A stretch of 64,000 bases of DNA, taken from positions 1,632-65,631 of the forward strand of contig JAFDZY010000201.1 of the NCBI GenBank assembly GCA_018266685.1, in the 5' to 3' direction. Origin of the DNA: Bacteroidota bacterium (GTDB taxonomy: Bacteria > Bacteroidota > Bacteroidia > Flavobacteriales_F > PHOS-HE28). The notes under the pieces are model-generated. The model had not been told where the DNA came from and searched no databases. It worked only from the letters and a program-made list of their open reading frames with translations. Positions 18,901-27,011 of the stretch are shown here, piece by piece; the first letter of the stretch is position 1; the number at the start of each line of letters is the position of its first letter. Made by a program: the position numbers and the translations under genes.

Positions 18901-19376
18901 GGAAGGCGCACTGCGTCCGGTACGAACGCGGATACATCCGCCTTATTGGCGATCAGCTCGCGGACAATGGTGCTGCTGATGTGCGCATGTTCCGGCAGTG
19001 CCGGCAGGAAGATGGTCTCCACGCCGCGCAGGGCATGGTTCATCAGGGCGATGCTCCGCTCACTGCCATGGTCGGTGCTGTTGCGCAGGCCGCGCACAAT
19101 GTATTTGGCACCAAGCTCCACGCACAGGTCCGCGGTGAGGCCCTTGAAGGAAATGGCCTCCACGTTCGGCAGGTTGCTGAAGGTGCCCTTCAGCCAGGCC
19201 AGGCGCTGCTCCAGGGGAAACATGTAGCGCTTGGTGCTGTTCTCGCCGATGGCCACCACGATGCGGTCAAAGAGCGGCAGTGCACGCTGCACAATGCTGG
19301 CATGGCCGATGGTCACCGGATCGAAGGAACCGGGAAACACGGCGATGCGTTGCCCGTTGGATGCAGGGGTGTTCAT
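18897..19376 (-). CDS. coaD: Phosphopantetheine adenylyltransferase
   Basis: Internal start MNTPASNGQRIAVFPGSFDPVTIGH (PGSFDPxTxGH). ISSTIVRE near the C-terminus. Overlaps the rsmD stop by 4 nt. Confidence 0.9.
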   Translation of the reverse strand: MNTPASNGQRIAVFPGSFDPVTIGHASIVQRALPLFDRIVVAIGENSTKRYMFPLEQRLAWLKGTFSNLPNVEAISFKGLTADLCVELGAKYIVRGLRNSTDHGSERSIALMNHALRGVETIFLPALPEHAHISSTIVRELIANKADVSAFVPDAVRLP

Positions 19377-19921
19377 GGCGTTCCGGGTTTCGGGGTGAAG
19401 AAGCTGAAATGGATGTTGCTGTACTTGCGGCAAGAATCGAACCAGGGATCCGTGCCAAAGTCGATATCGCGCGGATGTTCCACGATCAACAGGCCGTTCG
19501 TGCCTAAGAGCTGCCGTTCGCGCACCAGGGCCGGAAGGTCCGAAGTGCCGGGAAGGTTGAAGGGTGGATCGGCGAAGATCACATCGAAATTGCCGTGCTG
19601 GGCGCGGAGGAATGCGAACGCATCGGATTTCACGCAATGCCAGTTCGCCAGGTTGAGGGCTGCGGCATTGCGCCGCAGATAGGCATGCAGCACGTTGTCC
19701 AGTTCCACGCTGATCACTTGTTCCGCACCGCGGCTCAGGAACTCCAGCGAGATGCCGCCCGCGCCGGCAAAGAGGTCCAGCACGCGGATGTCTTCCAGCG
19801 GTATGGAGTGCTGCAGGATGTTGAAGAGCGCCTCCTTGGTGAAATCCGTGGTGGGCCTTGCGGTGATGCCGCGTGGCGGTTCAATGCGCCGCCCCTTGAG
19901 CCGTCCGCCTATGATGCGCAT
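19373..19921 (-). CDS. rsmD: 16S rRNA (guanine966-N2)-methyltransferase
   Basis: 182 aa with MRIIGGRLKGRRI, LDLFAGAGGISLE and FADPPF. Confidence 0.9.
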   Translation of the reverse strand: MRIIGGRLKGRRIEPPRGITARPTTDFTKEALFNILQHSIPLEDIRVLDLFAGAGGISLEFLSRGAEQVISVELDNVLHAYLRRNAAALNLANWHCVKSDAFAFLRAQHGNFDVIFADPPFNLPGTSDLPALVRERQLLGTNGLLIVEHPRDIDFGTDPWFDSCRKYSNIHFSFFTPKPGTP

Positions 19922-20727
19922 GAGAACTGTTCGATCAAGCCCGTCCAGTGGTGTGCATTGGCCAGCTCCAAGCCTTCCAACGCGGTATTGCCTGCACCCG
20001 TGGCAGGAATGGGCCCGTTTGCAACATACAGGGAGAGCAGGTGCTCTTCACCCGCTGTGAGGTGCGTGCCTCCCGCCCGGATGGTGGTGTTGTCCGTGGC
20101 AAGGCCGCATTGTTCCAGGCAGAACAGGGTGTAGTAGAGCACGTCCTCGGCCACGGTGGCATGGAAGGTGTTGCTCAGCAAGAGCTTGCCCTTGTCCGCG
20201 ATGGCGATGTCCAAGCGGGTGGAGGAGCGGTGAAGCACCGCAACAGCGCCCGTGGAGCCGTGGGCCAGGGCGTGGCCCACCAACGCGCCCTGCAATGGCA
20301 GCGGGCGCGCATTCGGAAAGCGTTGCAGCAAGTTGCGCTCTGCGGCTTCGTCGTGCAGGTAGATGCACCGCGCGCCGATCACACCGATGGGTTCATCGCG
20401 GAGCAGGCCCGTGGGCACGGTGCCGTGCACCAGTTTCAAATAGCGCATTTCCGTGCCGGGTTCCAATGCGCTCTCCGGTACCAGTGTGCCTACTTCAGGC
20501 ATGGCCGTGAAGCTTACGCTGGCCGGCCGCGCAGGTACCATGGCGGGGGCAGGCAGTTCTTCCCCTGTACCGCTGGCCAAGGCCATTAATTTTCCGGATG
20601 ACCGTTCGTGCACGCACCAAGCTTGCAGGCCCGGGGCGAGCCAACAGCTCAAGTGCCAGGCATGGTCGCGGGCCGGGTCGTATTCCCGGCGGAAAGTTTC
20701 CGTGTTCATTCCAATGGCCTGCTGCAC
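19909..20727 (-). CDS. DUF3822-like protein
   Basis: 272-aa ORF directly upstream of rsmD/coaD, a position I associate with DUF3822 genes in Bacteroidota. No catalytic motif. The assignment is from memory of that gene order only. Confidence 0.5.
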   Translation of the reverse strand: MQQAIGMNTETFRREYDPARDHAWHLSCWLAPGLQAWCVHERSSGKLMALASGTGEELPAPAMVPARPASVSFTAMPEVGTLVPESALEPGTEMRYLKLVHGTVPTGLLRDEPIGVIGARCIYLHDEAAERNLLQRFPNARPLPLQGALVGHALAHGSTGAVAVLHRSSTRLDIAIADKGKLLLSNTFHATVAEDVLYYTLFCLEQCGLATDNTTIRAGGTHLTAGEEHLLSLYVANGPIPATGAGNTALEGLELANAHHWTGLIEQFSCAS

Positions 20728-20809
20728 CGGCAGGCATTCGCAAAGGAACTAATTTCCGGCCCGCGGGCCGCAAGAAACGCGGCCGAACGCCCTTCGCCAC
20801 CTTTGCGGC

Positions 20810-22258
20810 ATGCCTGCCTTTACCGACCGCCTGCTTGCACGCTTGGTGCACGTGCCCACCGAGGGCCAGCAAAAGGCGATCAATGCCTTGGAGCGTTTGC
20901 TGGCAACGGAAAAGCCCCATGCCACCCTGGTGCTCAAGGGCTATGCAGGCACCGGTAAAACCACGTTGGTAGGCGCTTTGGTGCGTGTGCAGGCCGAGGC
21001 CGGCAGGCCGGTGGTGCTGCTGGCTCCCACAGGCCGTGCGGCCAAAGTGCTCAGTGCCTACGCGGGTGCACCGGCAAGCACCATCCATCGGCGCATCTAC
21101 CGCACCGCTTCCGATGGGGACGGTGACTATGCAGGCATGTCCTTGGCGCCGAACCGCGAACGGCACGCGTTGTTCGTGGTGGATGAAGCCAGCATGATCG
21201 GTGCCGGCGGTGGCGGAGCTTTTGAACGGGACTTGCTTTCGGACCTGTTCCAATATGTGTTTTCGGCCCCCGGCAACAAGTTGTTGCTCATCGGCGACCC
21301 TGCCCAGCTGCCCCCCGTGGGCAGCGACCACAGTCCTGCGCTCGACCTCAAGGACCTCTCCGCGCGGGGATTGTTGGCCGGAACCATCGAACTCACGGAT
21401 GTGGTCCGCCAATCCGAGGCTTCCGGCATTTTGGCGAATGCCACCGCCTTGCGGGCGCTGCTCGCGCAACCGGACGGGGAGGATGCGGACGATGCCGGGC
21501 ACGAACCGGTTGTGCCGCAGTTCATCACCGGCTTTAGTGATGTGGTCCGCGTGGACGGCCACGACCTGCAGGATGCGCTGGAAGAGGCATACGCCAGGCA
21601 TGGCGATGACGAAGTGTGCTTGATCTGCAGGAGCAACAAGAGGGCCTATCAGTACAGCCAGCAAGTGCGGGCGCGCATCCATGGTTTTGAGGAGGAACTG
21701 GAGGCAAACGACCGCCTGATGGTGGTGAAGAACAACTATTTCTGGGCAGCGCGCGAGCAGGATGCCGGTTCGTTCGGCTTGATCGCCAACGGGGAACAAG
21801 TCACCGTGCGGCGCGTGCACCATACCGAGCAGAAGTACGGACTGCGGTTCGCGGACCTCACCATTGACTGGTGGGATGGCCAGGCCGATCGCGAGCTGGA
21901 AGTAAAGGTGATCTTGGACGTGCTGGGGGGCGAAGGCCCTGCGCTGCCGGGGCCGCGCATGCGGCAATTGGGGCAGGATGTGCTGGCCAACATCGTTGCG
22001 CGCACCAAAGCCGAGCGGTTCCGTGAGTTCAAGCGTGATCCCTATGTGAACGCGCTGCAAGTGAAGTATGCATACGCCGTAACCTGCCACAAGGCACAAG
22101 GCGGCCAGTGGAAAAGCGTGTTCGTGGACCAGGGCTACGTAACGGAGGAGATGATCGACCGGGAATACCTGCGCTGGCTGTACACCGCAGTTACCCGTGC
22201 CAGTGAAAAGCTTTACTTGCTCAACTTCCACCCGCGGTTCTACGGGGAGGGCGATTGA
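20810..22258 (+). CDS. RecD-like SF1 DNA helicase (AAA_30/UvrD_C-type)
   Basis: Walker A GYAGTGKTT, Walker B/motif II FVVDEASM, and a C-terminal YAVTCHKAQGGQW (SF1 motif VI-like). Confidence 0.85.
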   Translation: MPAFTDRLLARLVHVPTEGQQKAINALERLLATEKPHATLVLKGYAGTGKTTLVGALVRVQAEAGRPVVLLAPTGRAAKVLSAYAGAPASTIHRRIYRTASDGDGDYAGMSLAPNRERHALFVVDEASMIGAGGGGAFERDLLSDLFQYVFSAPGNKLLLIGDPAQLPPVGSDHSPALDLKDLSARGLLAGTIELTDVVRQSEASGILANATALRALLAQPDGEDADDAGHEPVVPQFITGFSDVVRVDGHDLQDALEEAYARHGDDEVCLICRSNKRAYQYSQQVRARIHGFEEELEANDRLMVVKNNYFWAAREQDAGSFGLIANGEQVTVRRVHHTEQKYGLRFADLTIDWWDGQADRELEVKVILDVLGGEGPALPGPRMRQLGQDVLANIVARTKAERFREFKRDPYVNALQVKYAYAVTCHKAQGGQWKSVFVDQGYVTEEMIDREYLRWLYTAVTRASEKLYLLNFHPRFYGEGD

Positions 22259-23013
22259 TCGCCGGCGGCAGCATGGAAGAACTGCAATTTCTTGATGGCA
22301 TCCGTGCTGGCCAGGCTGATCAGGTGGTCAGGTCCGGATGCTAAGGTGCCTACGTGGTATGCAGGCGCCGCCATGCGGACAAAATCCGGATGGGAGATCG
22401 CCATGGTGTTCGCAGGACTGCCCACTTCCAAGCTGTGCAGATCATCCATCAGGCCAACACCGCAGGCTTTCAGAACCGCTTCCTTGCGTGTCCATAGTTC
22501 CAGGAAGCGCCGTTTGCCATCATCCGCCCTTCGGATGCTGTCAACTTCCTTGCCGGTAAAGTAATGATCGGCCACGCGCAAATGGTCGGTATGGCGGTTC
22601 ATCGTTTCTATGTCCACCCCGATCGGCTTGTCCGCGATGGCCACCAGCACGGCATCCTTGGTGTCGCTCAGGTTAAAGTGAAAGGGGTGGTCTTTTAGAA
22701 AGGGTTTCCCGAATTCGCCTCGTTGAAGGATCAATGAAGCGGGGGGGGCACCGAGGTATTTTCCAAGCAGGGACCGCAACAATCCATGTCCCAAAATGAA
22801 TCGCTCGCGGTCATGTTCATGGAGAAAGCGTGCCGCCCTGGCTTGTTCTTCCCCATCCAAAAGCAACCGGTAATGGGCGGCGCGGTGGGCCAAGGAGAGC
22901 AGTGTGGCATACCAAAGGTGCGTTTCCCCTTTTTGCAGCATGAACGAAGGCTTTGTTGACTGGCCTACGTCCAAGGTGGTGCAGTACACCCGCAATGTCC
23001 TCATGTTGGTCAT
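22240..23013 (-). CDS. Sfp-type 4'-phosphopantetheinyl transferase
   Basis: GKPFL...FNLSDTKD, IGVDIE and WTRKEAVLKACG are PPTase motifs. It sits 10 nt downstream of the NRPS gene. An alternative start is Met25 (22941). Confidence 0.85.
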   Translation of the reverse strand: MTNMRTLRVYCTTLDVGQSTKPSFMLQKGETHLWYATLLSLAHRAAHYRLLLDGEEQARAARFLHEHDRERFILGHGLLRSLLGKYLGAPPASLILQRGEFGKPFLKDHPFHFNLSDTKDAVLVAIADKPIGVDIETMNRHTDHLRVADHYFTGKEVDSIRRADDGKRRFLELWTRKEAVLKACGVGLMDDLHSLEVGSPANTMAISHPDFVRMAAPAYHVGTLASGPDHLISLASTDAIKKLQFFHAAAGDQSPSP

Positions 23014-23023
23014 GGCCTCCGGC

Positions 23024-26000
23024 CTATCCCGCCGTTGCCTTGGCGGTGGCCTGCGCTACTACAAGGCATTGTCCCAGTTCATCCGCCAATTGCCTTACGA
23101 ACGGCTCCTTTACAATGGAATAGTGGTCCCCGTCGGTGTACCTGATCTCCACGCCCTCCTTGGCCAACTTGCCCCAGCCCATATCCTGTGTGCCGGGGCT
23201 GGTTTTGGTGCGGATCAGGGTCAAGCGGCCCGGAAACACTCCCGGCCTGTACTGCTCAATGGAAGTGCCGTACGTATCGATGATGTAGAAGTGGCGCAAC
23301 TTGCCCGGCAAGGGTTTTTTGCGGTCGTGGTAAAACTTCACCAGTTTCCGCATGATCACGCGCTTCAACGGTTCATGGATCTTCTGTTCGATCCTGATCA
23401 TCTCCACGTTTTCCTCCGGTGAATAGGTGTCGAACAAGGCGACCAGCGGTACGGATTCACCCTGAGCAACCAGTTGGCACGCCATTTCGAACGCCACGAT
23501 GCCGCCGAAGGAGTAGCCGCCGAGGAAGTAGGGTCCGCGGGGCCGTACTTGGCGGAGCTCCCGGATGTAGTGCTCCGCAATTCCTTTCGTGGTTTTGTAG
23601 GTTACCGGCAGGCCATCTTCCCCTTGGTGGAAGAAGCCGTAGAATGGCTGGCCTTCGCCCAGGTAACGCGGAATGAAGACGTTTGCTTCATCCCCGTGCA
23701 CGCAGAAGAATGGCGCCCGTTCTCCCTTGGGCTGTATGGCGGAAAGGTTCTTCAAGTTCAGTCCGGTGGCGGGGCCATGGTTCATCATGGCCGCCAACTT
23801 GGCAATGGTGGGCGATTGGAACAGCGCCTTTACGGGTAGCTTTTGGCCCAGTTCGCGTTCCACATGTGCAAGCATCTGGATGCCGATCAAGGATTGCCCG
23901 CCGATCTCGAAGAAATTGTCGTGGATGCTTACCTGTTCCAAATTGAGGAGCTTGCACCAGATCCGGGCCAGCGCGGTCTCCATTTCATTGCGCGGGGAAA
24001 CATGCTTGGTGAGCATGTGCGCTTGGCTGCGCGGCGGCTCGGGCAGGCGCTTTTTGTCCGGTTTGCCGCTAGAGTTCAAAGGCATGGATCGGATCACCAC
24101 AATGTCCGAGGGCCGCATGTGCTCCGGCAAGGCTTGGGCAAGGTGCTCTTCCACAGCCTGGCGGAAGGCCGCATTGGTGCCGGGTGCGGAAGTTTCGTCA
24201 TCCGCCACCACAGCCGGATCGGCCGGTACGGTATAGAGCACCAGGCGCTTTTCGCCGTTGCTGGAGGGTAAGGCCACCACCACCTTGTCCTTTACGGTTG
24301 CCAGGTTGTTCAGGGCTGCCTCCACTTCGCCAAGTTCCACGCGGAAGCCGCGCACCTTTACTTGGTCGTCTGTGCGTCCGGTAAATTCGAGTTCGCCTTC
24401 CTCGTTCCAAAGCACCATGTCCCCGGTCCGGTACATCATGGCACCGGGGATTTTGCTGAACGGATCGGGCAGGAAGTGCTTCGCCGTTTGCTCCGGGCGG
24501 TTCAGGTAGCCGAGGGCCACGCCGGAACCGCCGATGTACAGTTCGCCTGTCTGGCCAACGCGCACGGGGCGCCCCTTGGCATCCAGCACGTGCAGCAGGG
24601 TGTTGCCGATGGGCTTTCCTATGGGGATGGAGCCGCCTGCCCAGCTTTCATCCACCACGGGATAGGCCGTGGCCAGGATGGTGGCCTCCGTTGGGCCGTA
24701 TACGTTGATCACCACGCCGGGGCCCAGTGTCCGCAGCGCTTTGCGTACGTGCGGAACGGATATGGCATCCCCGCCGGTGATGAAGTAGCGCAGCCGTTTC
24801 AGGTCTTCCAGGTGCTCGTCCACCAGCAGTTTGAAATAGCCGCTCGCGGAGAACAGGCAGTTCACCCCTTGGTTGCGGATGGCGTTCACAAAGTCTGAAA
24901 GTGCCGGCTTTTCGGATGCGGGGAGCACCATGGTGCCGCCGGTGAGCAAGGTGCCCATCACCGTGAGCTGGCATGCATCAAAGGAGATGGAAAGGTGGAA
25001 GAGCGTGGTGAGCCCGGGCCCGAATTCCACGAAGGGCTGGTCCTTCACGATGCGCATCACCCCCCTGTGCGGTACCACGGTTCCCTTGGGTTCGCCCGTG
25101 GAGCCGGAAGTGTAGATGATGTATGCGGGGTCATCCGTGGTGCCCGCGAACCCGGGCCTGCGCACGATGCTGCCCGTGCGTTCGCCGTCAATGGCCACCA
25201 GCGTTCCGCGGAAATCGCCGAACATGTTGGACAGGCTCTTTGTGGTGAGCAGGATGCTTGCCCCGGAATCGGAAAGCAGATAGTCCAGCCGGGCCTTGGG
25301 GTAGCTGTGGTCAATGGGCAGGAATGCCCCGCCCGCCCGCACAACGGCCAGCAGCGCGGTGATCAGGTCAAAACTCGGGGCGGCGCACACGGCCACCGCC
25401 ATGCCTGGGCGCACGCCGCGATCGATCAGTTCCGCGGCCAATGCGTCCACCTGGTCGCGCAGTTCGCCGTAGGTGAGCGAGGCGTTTCCTTGCACCAAAG
25501 CCTTGTGGTCGGGATGCATCTTCGCAATGCGGTCGAACGCTGCGGGGATGGTCAACTCTTGCGGGGTTGCCGATGCGGTCCCGGTCCACTCCCTGTGGGG
25601 CAGTTCGGCCAGTTGGCGGCCCTCATGAAGCAGGTCATCAATGATGGTGGAAGGATCGGCGATGATGTGCCTGGCCATTTGCTCCAGTTCACGCATCCAG
25701 CCGCGTACCGTGTCCTCCTTGAAGAGGTCTGTATTGAAGGACCATTCCAAGGTAAGCCGGCCCTTGGAGCTGCTGGCGTTCATGGCCAATTCAAACTGCT
25801 CATACGTGCGTGGCTCACTGCGCAGGTGGTGCACAAGGCCCGGGAAGTTCACCCGGTCGTCCATCTCCATGTCCAGGTTGAAGATCACCGGCACAAGGGG
25901 CACGCGCCCGGGGTCGCGCGGAATGTTCAGCTCATGGAGGAGCGTGCTGAAGGTGAACCGCTGGTGGTCGAATGCATCGAGCAATGATTTCTTGCGCTGT

Positions 26001-27001
26001 TGCAAGTACGTGCTGAACGGCAGGTCTTCGTCGATCACCGAGCGCAGTGGGAGCAGGGCTACGCAGTGCCCCACAAGTTCCTCCATGCCCATGTCGCTTT
26101 GCCCGGCGGCCGGCATGCCCACCACGATGTCCCTTTGGCCGGTGATGCGCGCCAGCAGTACTTCATACACGGAGAGCAGGGTGGTGACGAAGCTGCTGCC
26201 GAAACGGGTTCCCAGCTTTTTCAGGCCCTCCGTGATCGCCGGGTCCAGGGCAATGTCAATGCGCTTTGCGTTCCATGTCTTTTCCAGTGGCCGGCCGTGG
26301 TCCACGGGCAGGTCGAGCACAGGGATCGGTGGCGTGAACAACTCTTTCCAGTAGGCTTTCACCTCCTTGTTCGCGTCAGATCGGTAAAAGGCGTTCAATT
26401 CCTGCGCATAAAGGCTGGCGGAAACGGCTTCCGGCAATCCGGCGTGCTCCAAGCTGCCGCCAGCGGCGTATGCCTTGCTCAGGTCGCCGATCAGGATGCT
26501 CATGGACCAGCCATCACAAGCAATGTGGTGGGCCACAATGCGCAATACATTTTTTGCGCTGCCCAGTCTGAAAAGGATGAACCGGATCAATGGCCCGTGG
26601 GCAAGGTCGAACGACGTGGCCATCAAGTCCATGCCGATCTCCTCCATCTGTTTGTTCCGTGCTTCTTCCTGAAGGGATGCCAAGTCGTGGATTTCAAGTT
26701 CCACGGGCATTTCCTGCTGCACCACCATGCGGGTGCCGGTGCTGTCGAACACCGCACGCAGGCTTTCGTGGCGTTGCACCACGGAGGCAATTGAAGCGCG
26801 CAGAATGCCGGGGTCAAGCGGGCCGTCCAGGTCAAGGCTGATGGATTCGTTGTAGGAGCATGAGGCCTCTTCGCCCACTTGGGATGCGGCCCACACCTCC
26901 CGTTGCGGCTCTGTGGTGGGTGCAGTCAACTGAATAGGCGTACCGGCGAACGGGTCATGTTCCACCGCCACCAATCGGGTCTCCTTGAAAAATTGTTCCA
27001 T
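23024..27001 (-). CDS. Non-ribosomal peptide synthetase, C-A-T-TE termination module
   Basis: 1325 aa. C domain: HHIACDG at 26510-26530. A domain: AYIIYTSGSTGEPKG at 25082-25126, YRTGD, GRTDDQVKVRGFRVELGEVE and NSSGKPDKK. T domain: FFEIGGQS, Ser1037 at 23891-23893. TE domain: GGYSFGG, Ser1164 at 23510-23512, and GDHYS. Confidence 0.95.
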   Translation of the reverse strand: MEQFFKETRLVAVEHDPFAGTPIQLTAPTTEPQREVWAASQVGEEASCSYNESISLDLDGPLDPGILRASIASVVQRHESLRAVFDSTGTRMVVQQEMPVELEIHDLASLQEEARNKQMEEIGMDLMATSFDLAHGPLIRFILFRLGSAKNVLRIVAHHIACDGWSMSILIGDLSKAYAAGGSLEHAGLPEAVSASLYAQELNAFYRSDANKEVKAYWKELFTPPIPVLDLPVDHGRPLEKTWNAKRIDIALDPAITEGLKKLGTRFGSSFVTTLLSVYEVLLARITGQRDIVVGMPAAGQSDMGMEELVGHCVALLPLRSVIDEDLPFSTYLQQRKKSLLDAFDHQRFTFSTLLHELNIPRDPGRVPLVPVIFNLDMEMDDRVNFPGLVHHLRSEPRTYEQFELAMNASSSKGRLTLEWSFNTDLFKEDTVRGWMRELEQMARHIIADPSTIIDDLLHEGRQLAELPHREWTGTASATPQELTIPAAFDRIAKMHPDHKALVQGNASLTYGELRDQVDALAAELIDRGVRPGMAVAVCAAPSFDLITALLAVVRAGGAFLPIDHSYPKARLDYLLSDSGASILLTTKSLSNMFGDFRGTLVAIDGERTGSIVRRPGFAGTTDDPAYIIYTSGSTGEPKGTVVPHRGVMRIVKDQPFVEFGPGLTTLFHLSISFDACQLTVMGTLLTGGTMVLPASEKPALSDFVNAIRNQGVNCLFSASGYFKLLVDEHLEDLKRLRYFITGGDAISVPHVRKALRTLGPGVVINVYGPTEATILATAYPVVDESWAGGSIPIGKPIGNTLLHVLDAKGRPVRVGQTGELYIGGSGVALGYLNRPEQTAKHFLPDPFSKIPGAMMYRTGDMVLWNEEGELEFTGRTDDQVKVRGFRVELGEVEAALNNLATVKDKVVVALPSSNGEKRLVLYTVPADPAVVADDETSAPGTNAAFRQAVEEHLAQALPEHMRPSDIVVIRSMPLNSSGKPDKKRLPEPPRSQAHMLTKHVSPRNEMETALARIWCKLLNLEQVSIHDNFFEIGGQSLIGIQMLAHVERELGQKLPVKALFQSPTIAKLAAMMNHGPATGLNLKNLSAIQPKGERAPFFCVHGDEANVFIPRYLGEGQPFYGFFHQGEDGLPVTYKTTKGIAEHYIRELRQVRPRGPYFLGGYSFGGIVAFEMACQLVAQGESVPLVALFDTYSPEENVEMIRIEQKIHEPLKRVIMRKLVKFYHDRKKPLPGKLRHFYIIDTYGTSIEQYRPGVFPGRLTLIRTKTSPGTQDMGWGKLAKEGVEIRYTDGDHYSIVKEPFVRQLADELGQCLVVAQATAKATAG

Positions 27002-27011
27002 GCTCGCTTCT

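Noticed and set aside
20495-22231. 578-aa minus-strand ORF
   Set aside because: It is an antisense shadow of the RecD-like helicase gene (20810-22258), which has Walker A/B and SF1 motifs. The shadow ORF has the typical GC-rich antisense composition.
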